From Squalus acanthias (lineage: Eukaryota): a stretch of 64,000 nucleotides of DNA. The translations under genes were made by a program, and so were the position numbers. The stretch spans positions 248,001-312,000 of the forward strand of contig JASTWF010000337.1 of NCBI GenBank assembly GCA_030390025.1. The letters are read 5' to 3'. Positions 9,916 to 24,000 of this stretch are shown here, in pieces; position 1 is the stretch's first letter; each line of letters begins with the position of its first letter. Under the pieces are notes generated by a model. That model ran no database searches, was not told the DNA's origin, and saw only the letters and a program-made list of their open reading frames with translations.

Positions 9916-12900
9916 TGATAACTGGACAAGGAGCAGATAACTGGACAAGGATGAGATAACTGGACTAGGAACTGATAACTGGACAAGGAGCAGATAACTG
10001 GACAAGGAACTGATAACTGGAAAAGGAGCAGATAACTGGACAAGGAACTGATAACTGGACAAGAATCAGATAACTGGACAAGGAACTGATAACTGGACAA
10101 GGAGCAGATAACTGGACAAGGAACTGATAACTGGACAAGGAGCAGATAACTGGACAAGGAACTGATAACTGGACAAGGAGCAGATAACTGGACAAAGAGC
10201 AGATAACTGGACAAGGAACTGATAACTGGACAAGGAACAGATAACTGGACAAGAATCAGATAACTGGACAAGGAGCAGAGAACTGGACAAGGAACTGATA
10301 ACTGGACAAGGAACTGATAACTGGACAAGAATCAGATAACTGGACAAGAATCAGATAACTGGACAAGGAACTGATAACTGGACAAGGAACTGAAAACTGG
10401 ACAAGGAACTGATAACTGGACAAGGAGCAGATAACTGGACAAGGAACTGATAACTGGACAAGGAACTGATAACTGGACAAGGAACTGATAACTGGACAAG
10501 GAACTGATAACTGGACAAGGAACTGATAACTGGACAAGGAACTGATAACTGGACAAGGAACTGATAACTGGACAAGAATCAGATAACTGGACAAGGAACT
10601 GATAACTGGACAAGGAACTGAAAACTGGACAAGGAACTGATAACTGGACAAGGAACTGATAACTGGACAAGGAACTGATAACTGGACAAGAATCAGATAA
10701 CTGGACAAGGAACTGATAACTGGACAAGGAACTGATAACTGGACAAGGAACAGATAACTGGACAAGGAACTGATAACTGGACAAGGAACTGATAACTGGA
10801 CAAGGAACTGATAACTGGACAAGGAACTGAAAACTGGACAAGGAACTGATAACTGGACAAGGAACTGATAACTGGACAAGGAACTGATAACTGGACAAGG
10901 AACTGATAACTGGACAAGGAACTGATAACTGGACAAGGAACTGATAACTGGACAAGGAACTGATAACTGGAAATGGAGCAGATAACTGGACAAGGAACTG
11001 ATAAATGGACAAGGAACTGATAACTGGACAAGGAACTGACAACTGGACAAGGAGCAGATAACTGGAATAGGATCAGATAACTGTGAAGGAACTGATAACT
11101 GGACAAGGAAATGATAACTGGACAAGGAACTGATAACTCGACAAGGAACTGATAACTGGACAAGGAACTGATAACTGGACAAGGAACTGATAACTGGACA
11201 ACGAACTGATAACTGGACAAGGAACTGGTAACTGGACAAGTAGCAGATAACTGGACAGGGAGCAGATAACTGGACAAGGAACTGATAACTGGACAAGGAG
11301 CAGATAACTGGACTAGGAACTGATAACTGGACTAGGAACTGATAACTGGACAAGGAACTGATAACTGGACTAGGAACTGATAACTGGACAAGGAGCAGAT
11401 AACTGGACAAGGAGCAGATAACTGGACAAGGAACTGATAACTGGACAAGGAGCAGATAACTGGACTAGGAACTGATAACTGGACTAGGAACTGATAACTG
11501 GACAAGGAACTGATAACTGGACTAGGAACTGATAACTGGACAAGGAGCAGATAACTGGACTAGGAACTGATAACTGGACTAGGAACTGATAACTGGACAA
11601 GGAGCAGATAACTGGACAAGGAGCAGATAACTGGACAAGGAGCAGATAACTGGACAAGGAACTGATAACTGGACAAGGAGCAGATAACTGGACTAGGAAC
11701 TGATAACTGGACTAGGAACTGATAACTGGACAAGGAACTGATAACTGGACTAGGAACTGATAACTGGACAAGGAGCAGATAACTGGACTAGGAACTGATA
11801 ACTGGACTAGGAACTGATAACTGGACAAGGAGCAGATAACTGGACAAGGAGCAGATAACTGGACTAGGAACTGATAACTGGACTAGGAACTGATAACTGG
11901 ACAAGGAACTGATAACTGGACTAGGAACTGATAACTGGACAAGGAGCAGATAACTGGACTAGGAACTGATAACTGGACTAGGAACTGATAACTGGACTAG
12001 GAACTGATAACTGGACAAGGAACTGATAACTGGACAAGGAGCAGATAACTGGACAAGGAGCAGATAACTGGACAAGGAGCAGATAACTGGACAAGGAGCA
12101 GATAACTGGACAAGGAGCAGATAACTGGACAAGGAGCAGATAACTGGACAACGAACTGATAACTGGACAAGGAGCTGATACCTGGACTCGGAACTGATAA
12201 CTGGACAAGTAGCAGAAATGTGGACAAGGAACTGATAACTGGACAAGGATCAGATAACTGGACAAGGAACTGATAACTGGACAAGGATCAGATAACTGGA
12301 CAAGGAGCAGATAACTGGACAAGGAGCAGATAACTGGACAAGGAGCAGATAACTGGACAAGGAGCAGATAACTGGACAAGGAGCAGATAACTGGACAAGG
12401 AGCAGATAACTGGACAAGGAGCAGATAACTGGACAACGAACTGATAACTGGACAAGGAGCTGATACCTGGACAAGGAACTGGTAACTGGACAAGTAGCAG
12501 ATAACTGGACAAGGAGCAGATAACTGGACAAGGAACTGATAACTGGACAAGGAACTGATAACTGGACAAGGAACTGATAACTGGACAAGGAACTGATAAC
12601 TGGACATGGAGTAGAAAACTGGACAAGGAGCAGATAACAGGACAAGGAACTGATAACTGGACAAGGAACTGATAACTGGACAAGGAACTGATAACTGGAC
12701 AAGGAGCAGATAACTGGACTAGGAACTGATAACTGTTAAATGAGCAGATAACTGGACAGTGAACTGATAACTAGAAAAGGAGCAGTTAACTGGACAAGGA
12801 ACTGATAACTGGACAAGGAACTGATAACTGGACAAGGAGCAGATAACAGGACAAGGAACTGATAACTGGACAAGGAGCATACAACTGGAGAAGGAAATGA

Positions 12901-15900
12901 TAACTGGAAAAGGAGCAGATAACTGGACAAGGAACTGATAACTGGACAAGGAGCAGATTATTGGACAAGGAACTTATAACTGGACAAGGAACTGATAACT
13001 GGACAAGGAACTGATAACTGGACAAGGAACTGATAACTGGACAAGGAACTGATAACTGGACATGGAGTAGAAAACTGGACAAGGAGCAGATAACAGGACA
13101 AGGAACTGATAACTGGACAAGGAACTGATAACTGGACAAGGAACTGATAACTGGACAAGGAACTGATAACTGGACAAGGAACTGATAACTGGACAAGGAA
13201 CTGAAAACTGGACAAGGAACTGATAACTAGAAAAGGAGCAGTTAACTGGACAAGGAACTGATAAATGGACAAGGAGCAGTTAACTGGACAAGAATCAGAT
13301 AACTGGACAAGGAACTGATAACTGGACAAGGAGCATACAACTGGACAAGAACTGATAACTGGAAAAGGAGCAGATAACTGGACAAGGAACTGATAACTGG
13401 ACAAGGAACTGATAACTGGACAAGGAGCAGATTACTGGACAAGGAACTTATAACTGGACAAGGAACTGATAACTGGAAATGGAGCAGATAACTGGACAAG
13501 GAACTGATAAATGGACAAGGAACTGATAACTGGACAACGAACTGATAACTGGACAAGGAACTGATAACTGGACAAGGAACTTATAACTGGACAAGGAACT
13601 GATAACTGGAAATGGAGCAGATAACTGGACAAGGAACTGATAAATGGACAAGGAACTGATAACTGGACAAGGAACTGATAACTGGACAAGGAACTGATAA
13701 CTGGACAAGGAGCAGATAACTGGACAAGGAACTGATAACTGGACAAGGAACTGATAACTGGACAAGGAACTGATAACTGGACAAGGAACTGATAACTGGA
13801 AAAGGAGCAGATAACTGGACAAGGAACTGATAACTGGACAAGGAGCTGATAAATGGACAAGGAGAAGATAACTGGACAAGGATAATATAACTGGACAAGG
13901 AACTGATAACTGGACAAGGAACTGATAACTGGAAATGGAGCAGATAACTGGACAAGGAACTGATAAATGGACAAGGAACTGATAACTGGACAATGAACTG
14001 ATAACTGGACAAGGAACTGATAACTGCACAAGGAACTGATAACTGGACAAGGAACTGATAACTAGACAAAGAGCAGAAAACTGGACAAGGAGAAGATAAC
14101 TGGACAAGGAGCAGATAACTGGACAAGGAGCAGATAACTGGACAAGGAGCAGATAACTGGACAAGGAGCAGATAACTGGACAAGGAGCAGATAACTGGAC
14201 AAGGAACAGATAACTGGACAAGGAGCAGATAAATGGACAAGGAGCTGATAAATGGACAAGGAACTGATAAATGGACAAGGAGCTGATAAATGGACAAGGA
14301 GCAGATAAATGGACAAGGAGCAGATAACTGGACAAGGAACAGATAACTGGACAAGGAACTGATAAATGGACAAGGAGCTGATAAATGGACAAGGAGCAGA
14401 TAAATGGACAAGGAGCAGATAACTGGACAAGGAACAGATAACTGGACAAGGAGCAGATAACTGGACAAGGAGCAGATAACTGGACAAGGAACAGATAACT
14501 GGACAAGGAGCAGATAAATGGACAAGGAGAAGATAACTGGACAAGGATAATATAACTGGACAAGGAACTGATAACTGGACAAGGAACTGATAAATGGACA
14601 AGGAGCTGATAAATGGACAAGGAACTGATAAATGGACAAGGAACTGATAACTGGACAAGGAACTGACAACTGGACAAGGAACTGATAACTGGAAATGGAG
14701 CAGATAACTGGACAAGGAACTGATAAATGGACAAGGAACTGATAACTGGACAAGGAACTGACAACTGGACAAGGAGCAGATAACTGGACAAGGAGCAGAT
14801 AACTAGACAACGAACTGATAACTGGACAACGAACTGATAACTGGACAACGAACTGATAACTGGACAACGAACTGATAACTGGACAAGGAACTGATAACTG
14901 GACAACGAACTGATAACTGGACAACGAACTGATAACTGGACAAGGAACTGGTAACTGGACAAGTAGCAGATAACTGGACAAGGAGCAGAGAACTGGACAA
15001 GGAGCAGATAACTGGACAAGAAACTGATAACTGGACAAGGAGCAGATAACTGGACTAGGAACTGATAACTGGACTAGGAACTGATAACTGGACAAGGAAC
15101 TGATAACTGGACAAGGAACTGATAACTGGACAAGGAGCAGATAACTGGACTAGGAACTGATAACTGGACAAGGATCAGATAACTGGACAAGGATCAGATA
15201 ACTGGACAGGAACTGATAACTGGACAAGGAGCAGATAACTGGACTAGGAACTGATAACTGGACTAGGAACTGATAACTGGACAAGGAGCAGATAACTGGA
15301 CAAGGAGCAGATAACTGGACAAGGAGCAGATAACTGGACAAGGAGCAGATAACTGGACAACGAACTGATAACTGGACAAGGAGCTGATACCTGGACAAGG
15401 AACTGGTAACTGGACAAGTAGCAGATAACTGGACAAGGAGCAGATAACTGGACAGGGAGCAGCTAACTGGACAAGGAACTGATAATTGGACAAGGAGCAG
15501 ATAATTGGACAAGGAGCAGATAACTGGACAAGGAACTGATAACTGGACAAGGAACTGATAACTGGACAAGGAGCAGATAACTGGACAAGGAGCAGATAAC
15601 TGGACAAGGAAAAGATAACTGGACTAGGAACTGATAACTGGACAAGGAACTGATAACTGGACAAGGAACTGATAACTGGCATAGGAACTGATAACTGGAC
15701 AAGGAGCAAAAAACTGGACAAGGAACTGATAACTGGACAAGTAACTGATAACTGGACAAAGAACTGATAACTGGACTAGGAACTGATAACTGGACAAGGA
15801 GCAAAAAACTGGACAAGGAACTGATAACTGGACAAGTAACTGATAACTGGACAAAGAACTGATAACTGGACAATGAGCAGATAACTGGACAAGGAACTGA

Positions 15901-16169
15901 TAACTGGACAAATACTGATAACTGGACAAGGAACTGATTACTGGAGATTGAACTGATAACTGGACAGTGAACTGAGAACTGGACAAGGAACTGATAACTG
16001 GACAAGGAACTGATAACTGGACAAGGAACTGATAACTGGACAAGGAGCATATAACTGGACAAGGAGCAGATAACTGAACAAGGAACTGATAACTGGAAAA
16101 GGAGCAGTTACGGGACAAGGAACTGATAACTGGACAAGGAGTAGATTACTGGACAAGGAACTGATCACT

Positions 16170-19100
16170 GGACAAGGAGCAGATAATTGGACAAGGAACT
16201 GATAACTGAACAGGTAGCAGATAACTTGTCAAGGATCAGATAACTGGATAAGGAACTGATAACTGGACAAGGAACTGATAACTGGACAAGGAACTGATAA
16301 CTGGACATGGAACTGATAACTGGACAAGGAACTGATAACTTAGAAGGAGCAAAAAACTAGACAAGCAAATGATAACTGGACAAGGAACAGATAACTGGAC
16401 AAGGAACTGATAACTGTACAAGGATCAGATAACTGGACAAGGATCAGATAACTGGACAAGGATCAGATAACTGGACAAGGAACCGATAACTGGACAAATA
16501 CTGATAACTGGACAAGGAAATGAAAACTAGACAAGGAACTGATAACTGGACAAGGAACTGATAACTGGACAAGGAGTAGAAAACTGGACAAGGAACTGAT
16601 AACTGGACAAGGTGCAGATAACAGGAAAAGGAACTGATAACTGGAAAAGGAGCAAATAACTGGACAAGGAGCAGATAACAGGGCAAGGAACTGATAACCG
16701 GACAAGGAGCAGATAACTGGATAGGAAACTGATAACTGGACAAGGAGCGGATAACTGGACAGGGAGCAGATAACCGGACAAGGAACTGATAACTGGACAA
16801 GGAACTGATAACTGGACAAGGAGCAGATAACTGGACAAGGAGCAGATAACTGGACAAGGAGCAGATAACTAGACATGGAGCAGATAACTGGACACGGAGC
16901 AGATAACTGGACAGGAAACTGATAACTGGACAAGGAAATGATAACTGGACAGGGAGCAGATAGCTGGACAGGGAGCAGATAGCTGGACAGGGAGCAGATA
17001 ACTGGACAGGAAACTGATAACTGGAAAAGGAACTGATAATTGGACAGGGAGCAGTTAACTGGACAATGAACTGATAACTGGACAGGGAACTGATAACTGG
17101 ACAAGGAACTGATAACTGGACAGGAACTGGTAACTGAACAAGGGGCAGAAAACTGGACAAGGAGCAGCTAACTGGACAAGGAGCAAAAAACTGGACAAGG
17201 AACTGATAACTGGACAAGGAACTGATAACTGGACAAAGAACTGATAACTGGACAAGGAGCAGATAACTGGACAAGGAACTGATAACTGGACAAATACTGA
17301 TAACTGGACAAGGAACTGATTACTGGAGATTGAACTGATAACTGGACAGTGAACTGATAACTGGACAAGGAGCAGATAACTGAACAAGGAACAGATAACT
17401 GGAAAAGGAGCAGATTACGGGACAAGGAACTGATAACTGGACAAGGAGTAGCTTACTGGACAAGGAAGTGATCACTGGACAAGGAGCAGATAATTGGACA
17501 AGGAACTGATAACTGGACAAGGAACTGATAACTGGACAAGGAACTGATAACTGGACAAGGAACTGATAACTGGACAAGGAGTAGAAAACTGGACAAGGAG
17601 CAGATAACTGGACAAGGAACTTGTAACTGGACAAGGAACTTTTAACTGGACAAGGAACTGATAACTGGACAAGGAACTGATAACTGGACAAGGAACTGAT
17701 AACTGGACAAGGAGCAAAAAACTTGACAAGCAAATGATAACTGGACAAGGAACAGATAACTGGACAAGGAACTGATAACTGGACAAGGATCAGATAACTG
17801 GACAAGGAACTGATAACTGGACAAGGAACTGATAACTAGACAAGGAACTGATAACTGTACAAGGATCAGATAAATGGACAAGGATCAGATAACTGGACAA
17901 GGATCAGATAACTGGACAAGGAACCGTTAACTGGACAAATACTGATAACTGGACAAGGAAATGAAAACTAGACAAGGATCTGATAACTGGACAAGGAACT
18001 GATAACTGGACAAGGTGCAGATAACAGGAAAAGGAACTGATAACTGGAAAAGGAGCAGATAACTGGACAAGGAGCAGATAACAGGGCAAGGAACTGATAA
18101 CCGGACATGGAGCAGATAACTGGACAGGAAACTGATAACTGGACAAGGAGCAGATAACTGGACAAGGAGCAGATAACTGGACAAGGAGCAGATAACTGGA
18201 CAAGGAACTGATAACTGGACAAGGAACTGAAAAGTGGACAGGGAACTGATAACTGGACAAGGAAATGATAACTGGACAGGGAGCAGATAGCTGGACAGGG
18301 AGCAGATAGCTGGACAGGGAGCAGATAACTGGACAGGAAACTGATAACTGGAAAAGGAACTGATAATTGGACAGGGAGCAGTTAACTGGACAATGAACTG
18401 ATAACTGGACAGGGAACTGATAACTGGACAAGGAACTGATAACTGGACAAGGAACTGATAACTGGACAAGGAACTGATAACTGGACAAGGAGCTGATAAC
18501 TGGACAAGGAACTGATAACTGGACAAGGAGCTGATAACTGGACAGGAACTGGTAACTGAACAAGGAGCAGATAACTGGACAAGGGGCAGAAAACTGGACA
18601 AGGAGCAGCAAACTGGACAAGGAGCAAAAAACTGGACAAGGAACTGATAACTGGACAAGGAACTGATAACTGGACAAAGAACTGATAACTGGACAAGGAA
18701 CTGATAACTGGACAAGGAACTGATAACTGGACAAGGAACTGATAACTGGACAAATACTGATAACTGGACAAGGAACTGATAACTGGACAAATACTGATAA
18801 CTGGACAAGGAACTGATAACTGGACAAATACTGATAACTGGACAAGGAACTGATTACTGGAGATTGAACTGATAACTGGACAGTGAACTGATAACTGGAC
18901 AAGGAGCAGATAACTGAACAAGGAACAGATAACTGGAAAAGGAGCAGATTACGGGACAAGGAACTGATAACTGGACAAGGAGTAGCTTACTGGACAAGGA
19001 AGTGATCACTGGACAAGGAGCAGATAATTGGACAAGGAACTGATAACTGAACAAGGAACTGATAACTGGACAAGGAACTGATAACTGGACAAAGAACTGA

Positions 19101-20700
19101 TAACTGGACAAGGAGCAGATAACTGGACAAGGAACTGATAACTGGACAAATACTGATAACTGGACAAGGAACTGATTACTGGAGATTGAACTGATAACTG
19201 GACAGTGAACTGATAACTGGACAAGGAGCAGATAACTGAACAAGGAACAGATAACTGGAAAAGGAGCAGATTACGGGACAAGGAACTGATAACTGGACAA
19301 GGAGTAGCTTACTGGACAAGGAAGTGATCACTGGACAAGGAGCAGATAATTGGACAAGGAACTGATAACTGGACAAGGAACTGATAACTGGACAAGGAAC
19401 TGATAACTGGACAAGGAACTGATAACTGGACAAGGAGTAGAAAACTGGACAAGGAGCAGATAACTGGACAAGGAACTTTTAACTGGACAAGGAACTGATA
19501 ACTGGACAAGGAACTGATAACTGGACAAGGAACTGATAACTGGACAAGGAGCAAAAAACTTGACAAGCAAATGATAACTGGACAAGGAACAGATAACTGG
19601 ACAAGGAACTGATAACTGGACAAGGATCAGATAACTGGACAAGGATCAGTTAACTGGACAAGGAACTGATAACTGGACAAGGATCAGATAACTGGACAAG
19701 GATCAGATAACTGGACAAGGAACCGTTAACTGGACAAATACTGATAACTGGACAAGGAAATGAAAACTAGACAAGGATCTGATAACTGGACAAGGAACTG
19801 ATAACTGGACAAGGAGTAGAAAACTGGACAAGGAACTGATAACTGGACAAGGTGCAGATAACAGGAAAAGGAACTGATAACTGGAAAAGGAGCAGATAAC
19901 TGGACAAGGAGCAGATAACAGGGCAAGGAACTGATAACCGGACAAGGAGCAGATAACTGGACAAGGAGCAGATAACTGGACAAGGAGCAGATAACTGGAC
20001 AAGGAGCAGATAACTGGACAAGGAACTGAAAAGTGGACAGGGAACTGATAACTGGACAAGGAAATGATAACTGGACAGGGAGCAGATAGCTGGACAGGGA
20101 GCAGATAGCTGGACAGGGAGCAGATAACTGGACAGGAAACTGATAACTGGAAAAGGAACTGATAATTGGACAGGGAGCAGTTAACTGGACAATGAACTGA
20201 TAACTGGACAGGGAACTGATAACTGGACAAGGAACTGATAACTGGACAAGGAACTGATAACTGGACAAGGAACTGATAACTGGACAAGGAGCTGATAACT
20301 GGACAAGGAACTGATAACTGGACAAGGAGCTGATAACTGGACAGGAACTGGTAACTGAACAAGGAGCAGATAACTGGACAAGGGGCAGATAACTGGAAAA
20401 GGAGCAAAAAACTGGACAAGGAACTGATAACTGGACAAGGAACTGATAACTGGACAAAGAACTGATAACTGGACAAGGAGCAGATAACTGGACAAGGAAC
20501 TGATAACTGGACAAATACTGATAACTGGACAAGGAACTGATTACTGGAGATTGAACTGATAACTGGACAGTGAACTGATAACTGGACAAGGAGCAGATAA
20601 CTGAACAAGGAACTGATAACTGGAAAAGGAGCAGATTACGGGACAAGGAACTGATAACTGGACAAGGAGTAGCTTACTGGACAAGGAAGTGATCACTGGA
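16170..20700 (+). repeat. Three diverged ~1.4-1.8 kb higher-order repeats of the 19-mer
   Basis: The marker gaaccg(a/t)taactggacaaatactgata...ggaaatgaaaactagac is at ~16480, ~17921 and ~19720. Each is followed by ggtgcagataacaggaaaagg and by doubled gggagcagatagctggaca units (~16952, ~18279, ~20078). Confidence 0.85.
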
Positions 20701-21059
20701 CAAGGAGCAGATAATTGGACAAGGAACTGATAACTGAACAGGTAGCAGATAACTTGTCAAGGATCAGATAACTGGATAAGGAACTGATAACTGGACAAGG
20801 AACTGATAACTGGACAAGGAACTGATAACTGGACAAGGAACTGATAACTGGACAAGGAGTAGAAAACTGGACAAGGAGCAGATAACTGGACAAGGAACTT
20901 GTAACTGGACAAGGAACTTTTAACTGGACAAGGAACTGATAACTGGACAAGGAGCAAAAAACTTGACAAGCAAATGATAACTGGACAAGGAACTGATAAC
21001 TGGACAAGGATCAGATAACTGGACAAGGAACTGATAACTGGACAAGGATCAGATAACTG

Positions 21060-24000
21060 GACAAGGATCAGTTAACTGGACAAGGAACTGATAACTGGAC
21101 AAGGAACTGATAACTGGACAAAGAACTGATAACTGGACAAGGAGCAGATAACTGGACAAGGAGCAGATAACTGGACAAATACTGATAACTGGACAAGGAA
21201 CTGATTACTGGAGATTGAACTGATAACTGGACAGTGAACTGATAACTGGACAAGGAGCAGATAACTGAACAAGGAACTGATAACTGGAAAAGGAGCAGAT
21301 TACGGGACAAGGAACTGATAACTGGACAAGGAGTAGCTTACTGGACAAGGAAGTGATCACTGGACAAGGAGCAGATAATTGGACAAGGAACTGATAACTG
21401 AACAGGTAGCAGATAACTTGTCAAGGATCAGATAACTGGAGAAGGAGCAGATAACTGGACAGGAAACTGAGAACTGGAAAAGGAACTGATAATTGGACAG
21501 GGAGCAGCTAACTGGACAAGGAACTGATAACTGGACAGGGAGCAGATAACTGGACAAGTTGCAGATAACTGGACAATGAGCAGATAACTGGACAAGGAGC
21601 AGATAACTGGACAAGGAGCAGATAACTGGAGAGGAAACTGATAACTGGACAAGGAGCAGATAACTGGACAAGGAGCAGATATTTAGACACGGAGCAGATA
21701 ACTGGACACGGAGCAGATAACTGGACAAGGAGCAGATAACTGGACAAGGGGCAGATAACTGGACAAGGAGCAGATAACTGGAGAGGAAACTGATAACTGG
21801 ACAAGGAGCAGATAACTGGACAAGGAGCAGATATTTAGACACGGAGCAGATAACTGGACACGGAGCAGATAACTGGACACGGAGCAGATAACTGGACACG
21901 GAGCAGATAACTGGACAAGGAGCAGATAACTGGACAAGGAGCAGATAACTGGACAAGGAGCAGATAACTGGACAAGGAACAGATAACTGGACAAGGAGCA
22001 GATAACTGGACAAGGAGCAGATAACTGGACAAGGAACTGATAACTGGACAAGGAACTGATAACTGGACAAGGAGCTGATAACTGGACAAGGAACTGATAA
22101 CTGGGCAAGGAGCAGATAACTGGACAAGGAACTGATAACTGGACAAATACTGATAACTGGACAAGGAGCAGATAACTGAACAAGGAACTGACAACTGGAA
22201 AAGGAGCAGATTACGGGAGAAGGAACTGATAACTGGACAAGGAGTAGCTTACTGGACAAGGAAGTGATCACTGGACAAGGAGCAGATAATTGGACAAGGA
22301 ACTGATAACTGAACAGGTAGCAGATAACTTGTCAAGGATCAGATAACTGGACAAGGAACTGATAACTGGACAAGGAACTGATAACTGGACAAGGAACTGA
22401 TAACTGGACAAGGAACTGATAACTGGACAAGGAACTGATAACTGGACAAGGAGTAGAAAACTGGACAAGGAGCAGATAACTGGACAAGGAACTTGTAACT
22501 GGACAAGGAACTTTTAACTGGACAAGTAACTGATAACTGGACAAGGAGCAAAAAACTTGACAACCAAATGATAACTGGACAAGGAACAGATAACTGGACA
22601 AGGAACTGATAACTGGACAAGGATCAGATAACTGGACAAGGATCAGTAAACTGGACAAGGAACTGATAACTGGACAAATACTGATAACTGGACAAGGAAA
22701 TGAAAACTAGACAAGGAACTGATAACTGGACAAATACTGATAACTAGACAAGGAACTGCTCACTGGACAGGGAGCAGATAACTGGACAAGTTGCAGATAA
22801 CTGGACAATGAGCAGATAACTGGACAAGGAGCAGATAACTGGACAAGGAGCAGATAACTGGACAAGGAGCAGATTACTGGACAAGGAACTGATAACTGGA
22901 CAAGGAGCAGATAACTGGAGAGGAAACTGATAACTGGACAAGGAGCAGATAACTGGACAAGGAGCAGATATTTAGACACGGAGCAGATAACTGGACACGG
23001 AGCAGATAACTGGACACGAAGCAGATAACTGGACACGGAGCAGATAACTGGACACGGAGCAGATAACTGGACAAGGAGCAGATTACTGGACAAGGAGCAG
23101 ATTACTGGACAAGGAACTGATAACTGGACAAGGAACTGATAACTGGACAAGGAACTGATAACTGGACAAGGAGCTGATAACTGGACAAGGAACTGATAAC
23201 TGGACAAGGAGCTGATAACTGGACAGGAACTGGTAACTGAACAAGGAGCTGATAACTGGACAAGGAACTGATAATTGGACAAGGAACTGATAACTGGACA
23301 AGGAACTGATAAATGGACAAGGAACTGATAACTGGACAAGGAACTGGAAACTGGACAAGGAACTGATAACTGGACAAGGAGCAGATTACTGGACAAGGAG
23401 CAGATAACTGGACAAGGAACTGATAACTGGACAAGGAACTGATAACTGGACAAGGAACTGATAACTGGACAAGGAGCTGATAACTGGACAGTGAACTGAT
23501 AACTGGACAAGGAACTGATAACTGGACAAGGAACTGATAACTGGACAAGGAGCAGATAACTGGACAAGGAACTGATAACTGGACAAGGAGCAGATAACTG
23601 GACAAGGAGCAGATAACTGGACAAGGAACTGATAACTGGACAAGGAACTGATAACTGGACAAGGAACTGATAACTGGACAAGGAGCTGATAACTGGACAA
23701 GGAACTGATAACTGGACAAGGAGCTGATAACTGGACAAGGAACTGGTAACTGGACAAGGAACTGATAACTGGACAAGGAGCTGATAACTGGACAAGGAGC
23801 TGATAACTGGACAAGGAGCTGATAACTGGACAGGAACTGGTAACTGGACAAGGAACTGATAACTGGACAAGGAACTGATAACTGGACAAGGAGCTGATAA
23901 CTGGACAAGGAACTGGTAACTGGACAAGGAACTGATAACTGGACAAGGAGCTGATAACTGGACAAGGAACTGATAACTGGACAAGGAGCTGATAACTGGA

